Shown one piece after another: positions 35,387 through 46,669 of a DNA stretch of 64,000 nt. The stretch lies in assembly GCA_004431415.1 (NCBI GenBank), contig QPMI01000036.1, positions 434,001 through 498,000 on the forward strand, given 5' to 3'. The position numbers and the translations under genes are program-made. The notes beneath the pieces are model-generated. The model saw only the letters and a list, made by a program, of their open reading frames with translations. It did not search any database and was not told the origin of the DNA. The stretch comes from Cyanophora paradoxa CCMP329. Its lineage: Eukaryota > Plantae > Glaucophyta. Position 1 is the stretch's first letter. Each line of letters begins with the position of its first letter.

Positions 35387-36342
35387 TCAGAGGGCGTCCG
35401 GGTCGTAGGCAAGCCCCACTGCGCGCCGCGTCTCAGGGAGGGCGGACCGGAGCTCCCAAGGCGGGCGGGCGGGCGGAGGGAAGAAGAAGAACGGGGCCAC
35501 AGCACCGTTCGTGAGGAAGTCGAGGCGGTCGCGCCGCATGCAGGCGAGCCAGACGTGCATGGGCACCATCACCTCGTGGCGGGGGTAGGGTCAGACTTGA
35601 CGGCAAGGCAGTCCGGCAGGCGGGCCGGCGGGGCGCTGCCTGGCCTAGCCTGGCCACGCCTAGCCGAGCCCAGGCTAGGCTCCACCGCTCTCCACGCCCA
35701 AGCGCTCAGGCTATCTATAAATCTATCTATCCGTCCATCCGTCCGCCTTACTCACCTTGTGGCGGGCCTCCTCGGGCCGCTCCTGCGCCTTCTTCGCCTC
35801 CACCACGCGCTGCGCCGCCCGCACCAGCTCCGCCACGAACAGCTTCCCCGCTGCCGAGCAGACGGAGATCTTGAGACACGGGCGGCGGGCAGGGCGGGGC
35901 GGGGCCGAGCAGCATAGATAGACAGCGGACCGCGGGCGAGTAGCTCGCAGGCCCTGTCGTGCGCCCGGGGCTCCTGCCCCTTCTCCTCGTCCTCCTCGAG
36001 GGCCGCGTCGGGCGCCACCTGCGCCACCGCCGCCGCCACCGACGCCCGCTCCGCGTCCGACACAGCGGCCCCGGCCCGCCCAGGATCAGAGGTCGGGCGG
36101 CCGGGCGGGCGGCGGGCGGCTGCGCACCCGTGAGCGTGAGCTTCCGCGCCAGAGCGCCGGTCTCCGTGGCCGGCTTGCTTTGGGCTGCGAGCCAAGGCTC
36201 GCCCAGGGTAAGAACGAAAGGGCGGGGGGGCGGACGCGCCTGGGGAGGCCCACTGGGCGCGGGCGGCGGGAAAGGCGAGGTGCGAGCAGAGGCCGTGCAC
36301 GCGCTGCCGCACGCCGCACGAGCGCTGCAGCACCTCGAACGC
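35387..36342 (-). pseudogene. Duplicated 3' fragment of YEATS2
   Basis: 35099-36342 parallels 40065-41269, including introns, [19 protein letters not shown] and [19 protein letters not shown]. Confidence 0.9.
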
Positions 36343-37500
36343 AGTGTTAGTTCTGGCGCCCGCTTACTCGTGGGCAGGCAGCCGCTCCGATAACTTGTTG
36401 ATCGCGCTGGCGAGTTGCTGATTGAAGCGCACACATGGCGCCAGTCAGTGACGACGAGAAGAGAAAACGCTTGCACTCACCTCTAGAGCCGCCACCAGCC
36501 GCTACGCACCAGACCACATGCACGTTCGCAACGGCGTTAAGAAAGCACATCCAACCTTTGAGAGCAGAAACACGCACTGCATTTTTGAGGTCTTGTTTCT
36601 GCGGCATGAAGAAAACGCACAGGAAAGGTGAGCGCGCAAGCGCGAGGTTGAGGACCGATTGTGCAAGCGCAGGTTTGAGGATAGATTGTGCAAGTGCGGC
36701 TTTGGTCGGGGGCTGGTCACCTTCCGCTCCGCTCCGAGAAACAGGATTAAGGCCCTCCCAAATGCCTGCGCTCAAGCGCGCGGGCTCGAAGACAAACGTT
36801 GAATTGACGGCAATATTGATGCCATGAAGCAACTCTGTGCTGTTCACGAGTGACTGCCCAGCCGGTTACGCGGCGATTTGGCCAAAAGCAACGCGCAGCA
36901 AGGGCGCGAACCTCAAGCTGCGGCTGCGGGGGACTGATAGTCATCGCTTGAGCTGACTCGTCGTGCCGATCCTAGCTCTGTTTGAGCGAACAAGACCCGA
37001 GATGGGGCGGGCGCACGCGCGCCGGCAGCGTGAACACCATTTAGAGCGTGTGCAGAAAATTCAGTCGACTCGGCGATGAGCGGACTCGGCGATGAGCGGC
37101 TCGCGTCCCGGACTCGTGCGCGGATGTGTGTATCCCACTCAGGACCCACTGCAGGCCAGGGGTATAGTCATCAAGGAGCCACACAGATTACGCTGCGCCT
37201 GCGCAGCTTCAGCTGGCCTCAAACGCGTTGTGCAGATGGCTCTAGCTCTCGTGCTAGCTCTCGTGCATCTGCGCGCAGCACGCTAAGGTTCTAAGGGCTC
37301 GCGATCCGTCGTACGTGCGCGTGCGCGCGCGTGCCCGTGTGCGCAGCTCAGCGGTCGCAGCTGGCCACGTTTCGATCCGCGTGGCTCTGCTCCAGATCGG
37401 ATTCGAAAATCAGACCAGATCTAGATCTGAAGGAGACGCTTTTCCTCCAGTCCGACGCGCTCAGCGCGCGTTGCAACGGCGTTGCGGTCGCAGCGGCTCT
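36343..37500. other. Foreign junction segment, probably a captured intron-containing gene 5' fragment
   Basis: Unrelated to the flanking genes; minus-strand donors GTGAGT and GTAAGC, branch site CTAAC, possible exons KQDLKNA/RLVAALE/QLASAINKLSERLPAH; short tandem repeats at ~36636-36698 and 37067-37099. Confidence 0.4.
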
Positions 37501-39428
37501 CGCCCGCGCCGCCGCGCTGAACTTTGCGGCCGTGCTCCTCCCGCGGCCCCGGAGAGCTGCCGCCCCCGGACCCCCGCCTCCCCGCTGACCGTTCGCCCGG
37601 CCCCGCCCTGAGCCGAGCTGCGCCCTGCGTCCGGCCTGACGCGCTCGTCGGTGCCGCAGCGGCGGTGGCGTGGCTGGCCATGGAGCGGCTGGAGGCGCTG
37701 GCTTCGGACCGGGCGGAGGAGGTGCGGCGCGGGGCCTGCGCCGCCCTCGTCGCCCTGCACGCCTCCGCCGCCCCGCGCTTCGTGGGCGCCGCCCTCGCCC
37801 TCCCCGCCGAGCCCCGCGCCGCCCTCCGCAAGGTCCCCGCCCGCCCGCACCATCCTCTCCCTCCGACTCCGCCGAACGACCCGGCCGCAGGTGCTGGCCC
37901 CCGTCCTCCCCCAGCTCGACGACGAGATGGAGCTGTACGGCCCCGGGCGCCCCGCCCCGCCCCGCGACGCCGCCCCGGGCCCCGCCTCGCCCCCGTGCGC
38001 GCCCGCCCCCTCCCCTCTCTTCGCTTGGCGCATGGCGAGCCGCGGGTGCAGGGCGCCGGCGCGCCCGCGAGGAGCGCGTGGGGAGAGCAGGCGAGCCCGG
38101 ACCTGTCGCCCGTGCAGCCCTCGCCGCCGCCGCCCCAGCACTTCTCCCCGGCGCCGCCTCCGCCTCCTCCCGCGGTGCGTCATTCTTGATCAAGGCCCTC
38201 GGCGCGCGGCCCCGCCGACGCCCGCCCCGGCCAGGCTACTCGCCCCCGCCACGGCCGCGGCGCGCGCCGGGTCCGCCACGGCCGCCGAGCTGGTGGCGGC
38301 CGTCCTGACCCCGCCCCGCGAGCCCGACTCGCCGCTGTACCCCTCCCCCGGCCCCGCCTCCGCCGGCCGCGGCAGCGCGAGCTCCCGCAAGCGCGCCATG
38401 TACGACCTCCTCCGGGTACCCCCCTTCCCTTCTTCCACCCCCCTCCCCCGCGCCCGCGCTCAGCGCTCGCAGCTGGTGGAGCTCTGCGAGGGGGGCGCCG
38501 AGGAGGGGGCCTGGCGGTGCCAGGTGCGTGGGACCTCGTCTCACGGACTTCTTCCACTACTTTAGAGACAACTTTAGAACCTTAGAGCCAGGCCCTCTGA
38601 CACTCTGGTGACTTCGTTCGCAGGTGGAGGGCGTCCTCGCGGCCGTCGCGGCGGCGCTGGGCTCGCACGACGGGGACCTCCGCCAGCTGGGCGCCTCCGT
38701 CCTCTCCCGCGTCCTCGCCGCCCTCGACGACCCCGCCCTCGCCCCGCTCGCCCCCCGCTTCATCGCCGCCCTCCTCGACGTGCGCCCCCCCCCCCCCCCC
38801 CCCCTTCCCTGCTCTCAAGCTTCATAGAATTATTTCCTTACAGTTTTCTGCCTTCTGCGCCTTTGGCTTAGCCTTCTGCTTGCTTGGACGCCGCCGCCGC
38901 CCGCCCGCCCGCCCGCCTGATCTCCGGGCCCCGCAGGCGTACGCGGGGGCGGCGGGGGCGGGGGACCGGGACGCTGTGGCGGCGCTGGATGGCGGCGTCG
39001 CCCTCGTCCTGCCCCGCCTCCGCCTCCGCAGCTGCGCCGAGGCCCTCGCCGCCGCCCTCGGGGACGAGCGCGCCGCCGCCGCCGGCGAGGCGGCGCACGG
39101 CGCCCTGCGCCAGGAGCACGCCGCGCGGCTCCTCGCGCGGGTCGTGGCGAGGGAGGCCGAGGCCGGCGCGGCGGCGGCGGCGCGCGTCGAGCCCTTCGTG
39201 GGGCTCCTGATGGGCGCCCTCGTGCGGGCCTTCGGGAGCGCGGCGGCGGACGTGCGCAAGGCGACCGTCTTCGCCCTCGTCGAGCTCTGGCTCGCCCTGG
39301 GGGACGACTTCACGCAGGAGCTGACGGCGCACCTCACCAACGCCCAGCTCAAGCTCGTCACCATCTACTGGACCCGCGCCTGCAAGGCCCGCGGCCTCCC
39401 CGTCCCGGAGGCCCCCGCCCCCTCCTGA
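37501..39428 (+). pseudogene. Duplicated 3' fragment of CLASP
   Basis: Parallels 27013-29016 exon by exon; homology continues into the 3' flank to about 39680. Confidence 0.92.
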
Positions 39429-40359
39429 GCCGGCCGGCGGATGGTCGAGATGTGCTGGCCCGCGTCCATGGGCCTAGTGCTGAAGACTGTGCTAAGAAGT
39501 GGGGTAAGGAAAAGAGGGGCCCCGGGGTCCGGGAAGCAGCTTCGGGGCTCTCGCCCGCAGGAAATCCTCGGGGAATCCTCGAGCTCGGAGCGTCGGGGAA
39601 GCCTCCCGGCCTGCCGCTGATCATCATGATCGGATCATGATCATGATACATGGATCACGTGCACAGCCTGGCAGTACTATAGCTATTGCTACGGCCCGGC
39701 GGTATTTGAGATACTATCCGATGATCGGCCTTGCCAACTTGGCAAGTTGACTCACAGTGACAGTGAGGGAACTTTGACTCAGTGAAGCTTGAAGAAAGCC
39801 TTAAAAGGCGATTCGGTTGGCCGCGGCTGCTCAGCGGCTACTAGGCTAGCGCTAGCTATGAAGCCGCTGAGCAGGTCACCGGGTGCCACGCCGTGTGACT
39901 CAGTGACGGTGCACATGATCCGATGATCCGGACGGTGGCAGGACCGCCGGGCCGCCCCGCTCCCGGCCGGACTTGGGAGGCCCTGAGGCCCCACCCGGGC
40001 CGGGGAGCCGGGCCACTAGACCCTGATCAAGAGAACTAGACTCAGTCTGGCCATGGCAGTGGCACTCGGTGTATGTGTGCATGCCGCAAAATGAAATGTA
40101 TAGAAAGCGTTCAGAGGAAAACTGGAGTGAAAGAAAGGGACGAACATGATGAGAGGCCAGGGGAGAGAAGGGGCGATGATGATAATGAGGAGAAGCAGAG
40201 CCTCGGAGGCGGGAGATGGGCGGGGGGGGGGGGGGGGGGGGGGGGGGGGGCTGGACGTAGGGGGCCAACCAGGACAGAAACATGGGGGAGGAATGGGCGT
40301 GGAAGGGAGAACGGAGGCCAGAGGGCCGGGGCGGGCGAGAGGCCAAGGCAGCTGCAGCC

Positions 40360-43300
40360 TCAGAGGGCGTCCGGGTCGGACGCCAGCCCCACTACGCCCC
40401 GCGTCAGAGGGGTCCGAAGGGCCCGAGGCGGGCGGAGGGAAGAGGAAGAGGGGGGCCACCGCACCGTTCGTGAGGAAGTCGAGGCGGTCGCGCTGCATGC
40501 AGGCGAGCCAGACGTGCATGGGCACCATCACCTTGCGGCGGGGGGCGGAGTCAGACTTCACGGCAAGGCAGGCCGGCAGGCGGGCGGGGGGCAGCCTGGC
40601 CAAGCAAAGCCTAGCCGAGCCTAGCCTAGGCTGGGCTCCACCGCTATCTATAAATCTATCTATCCGTCCATCCGTCCGCCTTTCTCACCTTGTGGCGGGC
40701 CTCCTCGGGCCGCTCCTGCGCCTTCTTCGCCTCCACCACGCGCTGCGCCGCCCGCACCAGCTCCGCCACGAAGAGCTTCCCCGCTGCCGAGCAGACAGAG
40801 AGCTTGAGACGCGGGGGGCGAGCGGGGCCGAGCAACATAGATAGCGGACCGCGGGCGAGGAGATCACAGGCCCTGTCGTGCGCCCGGGGCTCCTGTCCCT
40901 CCTCCTCCCCGTCCTCCTCGAGGGTGGCGTCGGGCGCCACCTGCGCCACCGCCGCCGCCACCGACGCCCGCTCCGCGTCCGACACTGCGGCCCCGGCCCG
41001 CCCAGGATCAGAGCTCGGGCGTCCGGGCGGGCGGCGGGCGGCGGGCGGCGGCACCCGTGAGCGTGAGCTTCCGCGCCAGAGCGCCGGTCTCCGTGGCCGG
41101 CTTGCTTTGGGCTGCGAGCCAAGGCTCGCCCAGGGCAAGAAGGAAAGGGCGGGGGGGCGGACGCGCCTGGGGTGGCCCACTGGGCGCGGGCGGCGGGGAA
41201 GGCGAGGTGCGAGCAGAGGCCGTGCACGCGCTGCCGCACGCCGCACGAGCGCTGCAGCACCTCGAACGCCTCGCCGGCCTTCCGGTGCGGCGAGCCGCAG
41301 TACCTGCCGCCGCGGCGCCACTGTGAGCGACCTAGCGCGCCGCACAGACACGCGCTCGCTCGCTGGCTCCGGCCCTATCACGTGCACGCACTTGCAGAAG
41401 AGCGCGGGCTTTGGAATGAGCCGCGGCCGGTTCTCGCCCTGCCGCCCGCGGCTTCAGCGAGACTGCGACCGGCGGCGCGGGGCGGCGGGCGGCGCGCACC
41501 GGGGGCCGCCTGGGCGTGTTCGGGCCCTCCCCCTCGTCGTCCGACTCTGCGCGGGCGGGCGGTCAGCTTCCCGCGGTCGAATAAAAGAGCCGAGGGCAAG
41601 CAAGCTGAGCGCGCCGCGCATGAGGTCCCGCGGGGGCGGCATGTAGGGCGTCAGGCGGAGCTCCCGCAGACACGCGGCGACGCGCCCGGGGCCCATGCTC
41701 GTCTTGCCCGCCGAGGATAGCGCCCGCTGCAGGAGCTTCGCCCTCCGCCACTGCCGAGCCGGCCGCGCCGGGCGCCGCGTTCAGTGCGGCCGGCGGCGGC
41801 GCGAGCCACGGGGGTACGGGCGCGGGCGGGCGCGCCTCGGAGGCCTTTCTCCGCCCTATGTTCCAGGAGAAGAAGACGGGTACCGAGCCGGCGCAGGCGT
41901 ACGGTACCCCCGCACGCCTCGCCTCGTCTGCCGGCTGGCCGCGTCGGCCCGAGCAGAGCGGGGGTGCGGGGCGCGCGCGGGCGGACCCTCGGCGATGATG
42001 GGGAACTGCATGGCGTTCTGGTAGACGACCTTCTCGGCCTCGGGAAGCTGCGCGGGCTCGACGCGCGGCCGGGGGTACCCGGGCCGCGTCACCAGGCGCT
42101 CCCGCACGATCGAGATCTGCCGGCGGGACGGGATTTCGGGATGCGCGAAAGGCAATGGAGGAAGGCAGCGGCGTCCCCTCTAGCTAGCTAGCCAGATCGC
42201 CAGCCAGCCGTCCCCGACAGAGCGCGCGCGGCGCGCGCGCGCGCGCGCGCTGAGAGGCGGACGCTGCTGACCTGCTCGATCTCCACCTGCATCGTGCTCT
42301 GGCCCCCGAACTCCTCCTTCCCCGTGTACAGCTGGTCCAGCTGCGCGCGCAGGAGGCGCTCGGCCCGCCAGCTCGAGGGCGGCGGGCCCCGCGGCGTCGT
42401 TGCCCCGGCACCCACCTTCAGGTCGTGCTCGATGTCGACGGGCCGCTGCTTCGGGTTCTGCGAGGGCGCGGCGCGTATGCGCGCCCCCGGGTCAGACAGT
42501 CCAGGGGCTCAGACTGAGGGGGGGCGGGCGGGCGCCCGGACGGGCCGGCGGACCTTGAACGTGACGCGCACTTTCATGGGGAACTCGCCCCAGCCCCTGC
42601 GCACCACCTGGAAGGGCGGCGTCGTCACCTCCACCTGCTCGACCGCCGATCAGGCTCGAGCGTTCGTTCCCTCGTCCGCGCCGCGCCGCGCCGCGCCGCG
42701 CCGCGCGCGCCTCGTCGTTCGGGGCGAATGAGGCGTGGAGGAAGAAGCGGACGCTCTTGACGAAGACGGCGATGTCCGACTCCTGCATCGCCACCGAGAC
42801 CTTCCACTCGTGCGACAGGTCCGGGTCGTCCCGCGCCTCTGCGGGGCGGGGCGGGGCGGGGCGGGGGGCGGGTTCAGGCACGGCCCGGCCCTTTTGACGC
42901 CCCGATCGATGCTCGGAGGGCAGCGAAAGCTGAAGCTGAAGCACCGACGGGAATGAAGTGCGACGTGTTCTTCACGACGAGTGTGCGCCGCAGGATGGCG
43001 CGTATGATCGTTCCCGGGGCCGGGCTGCCGGGGGGCGGGCGCGGAGGCGGCGTGAGGGGCGGGCGGCCGGGGCGGGGGAGAATGCGGGGCGGCGCACAGG
43101 GTGCCGGTGCGCGGGCGCTTGCCGGCGAAGGCGGGGTGGGGCCCGGAGCCTTCGTCGGCCTTGCGCTTTAGTGGCTCGGGGGGCACCCGGCGAGGGCTCA
43201 TCGCGGGCGGGGCCCGCCGGATGATGCGCGCGGCAGCGACGTTCGACACCGGCGGCCTCCGGTCGCCCTGCGCGGCGGGCGGCGCGCGCGTGTGAGGAAC

Positions 43301-44052
43301 CCGTCGGTCGGTCGGCGCGACCGCGCGCTCGCTCGCTGGAGACCCCGAGCCGCACCGGCGCGACCGTGCAGGTGCGCGCGGCCTCCTCGGACGATGAGAA
43401 GACGAGGCGGTGGAGGATGCGGCAGTGGTTCACGAAGCCCAGTATGTTCTGGAACTTGTCGCGCTTGCACACGGGGCACACCAGCCTGTGCGCTTGGTCA
43501 GAAGGTAGCCCGGTAGCATGTGGCAGGCTCGCACCGCGGAAGCCTGGCCTCCGCGTGCGCCCTGCCCGACGAAACCGGCGAAAACGCATCCGCGCGACCC
43601 CGCTCCCGTGCCCGGCTGGCGCTTGGGCTGAGCGTAGACCGCATCCTTACGGGGGACTCGACGCCGGCGGCCCTGAACGTCCGAGGAGACCCCCTCGGCT
43701 CCTCGTCGCTGTCCGAAGAGGACGCATGCGAGTTCATGACCAGCGCAACCTGCGCCTCGGGCACCGACAGCTGCTGTATCACGCTGGCACGGAACTCCTC
43801 GGCTGGAGCCGCTCTTAGCTAGGGTAGCGCAGCGAGACAACAGTGGGGCGCACCGTCAAGCCAGCGGTTCGAGATGAGCCCAAGCAAGCGCTCCGCTCTT
43901 TCGATCCTCGCGTCGACCTCCTGGAGCTCATGCCGCTTGTGCTCGATCTCTTTGTCCATCTGCCGTGCGATAGCTGCTCGCACGGCCTCCACGTTCATCG
44001 GCCTCGCCGGCGCGGCGGGGGCAGGATCAGGTGCAGCCGGCGCCACCTCCAT
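40360..44052 (-). CDS. YEATS2: YEATS2-like protein (ATAC subunit) with an Ahc1-like C2H2 finger
   Basis: N-terminal coil [23 protein letters not shown]; zinc finger [23 protein letters not shown]; YEATS domain HEWKV...[22 protein letters not shown]; C-terminal LDFLTN. Confidence 0.85.
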
Positions 44053-44162
44053 CTCACACCTCCGTCAAGATGAGGAAAAGCAATTCGGGGTGGAAAGAAG
44101 GCCGCGCTGGGGCTGCTTTGCGAACTAAATCCCTTGAGCTGCTCCAATCCCAGAAGAAACCC

Positions 44163-45035
44163 TTCGAATTCAGCCTGCGCTTGCAGAGCCTCGCTCGCAG
44201 AGCCGTCGCCTGGTCGGCTGCTGCTGGTCGGCTGCGCCGAAAGGAGTGGGTACCCCCAGGGCCTCATTGAACAACGAATTCTAAAAAATTTGATCATATA
44301 TGCATGAAATGTCCTGAAAATACAAATCAACTCGAAAGATGCACATCAATTCAGTAAAGCAATTAATGCTTCGTCCTATATAGCTATAGGTTTGCGAACT
44401 GAATCTTTAAATTGAGCTGTTCGAAGCCCTAATTCGAAAGAAAACTTTCGGTCTTTGCTTGCAGACCTTGAGCCTTGAGCTCGCTTGCAGAGCCGTCGCC
44501 GGCGCCTGACTGCGCATGCTTCGGGTCCGACGGTCCGCAGCGCCGAAAGGAGCGGGTAAAAGCTTGCATTGCTCTCTCTGTCTAATCTGTCTCTGCCTCT
44601 CTGGTTCGTTCTTTGAGCTCCGATTGACTCTCTTGTTAGCTAATGCGCATTCTTCTTATAATTAGCTGCAGTACGTATATACGTATACGTATACGTGTTC
44701 GTTTCAGGCCGATTGCGAGGACCTTTTCCAAGCCTTCAAGGAAAATTTCATTCATTTTTATAATTACTGCGACAGCTCCTTTCAGTGAACAGTAAAATTA
44801 TAATTACAGCTTCTTACAGTTTACTAAACAGCTTCTGCCTTCTTAGAGTAAACTTATTGATCTATGAGGACACGCACGTGTACTTGCGCGGGAGAGCGGT
44901 CGCCTTATATAATTATATATAATATATAATTAGCCTTAAGCTTGCAGGGGAGCCAGGCCTAGGATGCGTACGCTAACACCAGAAGAAGCCTTCGAATTCG
45001 GCCTTCGAATTCGCTTGCAGAGCCTCGCTCGCAGA
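44163..45035. repeat. Locally dispersed repeat, three degenerate copies
   Basis: ttcgaattc...gcttgcagagcc(tcgctcgcaga/gtcgcc) at about 44163, 44450-44500 and 45004; cgccgaaaggag at ~44235 and ~44542. Confidence 0.7.
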
Positions 45036-46100
45036 TCTAGATCTAGAGGCTTAATTAATTATAAATTGAGTCATTTCAGTGTTGAACTCGAAATTCGACT
45101 TGGCAACGAAGTCCAATTGCACTGCCAAAACTCCGGCAATTGCAATGATCAACTTCATGATCATGATCGACGTTATTGATACTGAGGCCTAGCCTAGTAG
45201 GTATCGATCGATGTCTCAACTTTGGCAACGTTAACTGGCAAGCGACTATACTTACTAGTATAGTACTTCTATTTATGCATGTGCATGCACATGCACATGC
45301 AATAATTCAAATTACGGCCTGACAGTCTTGCGCTGCGCACGCAGCTGTGCATGTGTGCATTCCAATTGCCAGTTGTTCATGAAGCTCAAAAGACATAAAG
45401 ATTCATTGAAGCTTAAGAGCTGTAAAGATGGCCATGCATATGGCCAGTGGTGCATGGTTGCTTGCTCTTCTAATTGTCATTGACCTAGGATAGCAGGCCG
45501 CCTTGTCCGCGGCGCTTTGTTTGATTTCGATTGCGATTACTTTTTGAGGTTGGACAAGGTTGGAATTTGATTTCGATTGCGATTACGATTTGAGGCTGGA
45601 CGTCGACGGGAAATTAAAAATCGGACCGCGCGGGCACCTGAAGGCTGTAGCCAGTGTCCCGGGGAGGCGCATTGCTCCGGCACCTGTATGCTGTAGCCAG
45701 TGTCCCTCAGAAGGCAACGCAGGGCCCAGCTGGCTGGGCGTGAGCTCGGCGGGTTGGGCCTGCGGCGGCCGCAGTGTACATCCCACACTAGCAGCCCAAA
45801 CTTGCGACTTTAGTACGTGTCCACATGCCAGGATAGCAGCCAGAATAACCGACCATGCATCAGTGACTGAGATCAGCAAAAGTTTCCCAGGGAAATGGCA
45901 GGTCTGAGACCCGTGCCAGGCCAGCGTCAGCGGCAACGCCGAAAGCGCGATGTGCCGGCGGCGTGCAGCGATGCAAGAACTGTATGACGATGTTGTACAA
46001 TAAGATTATGCTGGACAGAAAAGTTTGGCGAGGACATAGTCCCGCGATGCGAGCGGACAGAGTCGCGTCATCCGCCTCGCGGGCGGGTGCGAACGGCGCT

Positions 46101-46414
46101 CTACTTCGGGGACTTCTTGTTCTGGTTCAGGATCAGATCTGCAACGAGAATCGCCGTCAGCGACCGGCCGTGCGAGGAATGAGGGCGTGACGCACCAACG
46201 AGGCCAGTGCCGCAGAAGCCGAGGAACGACACGGCGACGCTGCGGCGCGCAAAATGAGCACAGGGCACGCGGAGGAGGGGCGGAGCAGGCTGGCGTGCCC
46301 CGCGACGTAGAGCTTGCCGAACAGGGCGCCGCTCTTGTTGTGGGTGAACTCGGCGCTCTCCTGGAAGAACTTTTGGCCCGCTGCGACGGTGGTGGCGACC
46401 TTGAGGCCCGACAT
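46101..46414 (-). CDS. Cytochrome c oxidase subunit VIIa-like microprotein (65 aa)
   Basis: Two introns (the first GC-AG) give MSGLKVATTVAAGQKFFQESAEFTHNKSGALFGKLYVAGVAVSFLGFCGTGLVDLILNQNKKSPK: QKxFQ motif, one TM helix and a basic end. Confidence 0.7.
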
Positions 46415-46669
46415 CGTGGTTCAGCGAGCAGAGCGGCTTGCAAGCTAAGTGGTTTACCCCCCGCGGTCTTGTCCCCCCCAGTCTCGCCGCCTCCCGGCCT
46501 CCTGCAGCCTCCTTCAGCCTCGTGCGCCATCCAGCCGTGTAGCTAGACGTGCTACACGCGCGGGCATTCCTGCAGAGGGGACGAGCGTGAGTGCGTACGC
46601 TGTTGAAGGCGCCTCTAAGTGCGCGACGGTCGAGCGGCCGCTCCGTAGCATCGGCGCTGCGCCCTAGAG

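Noticed and set aside
40221-40250. Long poly-G/C runs (also 3028-3050, 29336-29362, 21766-21784, 38785-38803) as functional G-quadruplexes
   Set aside because: Where a paralogous copy exists it has interrupted sequence at the same position, so the pure runs may be base-calling artefacts.
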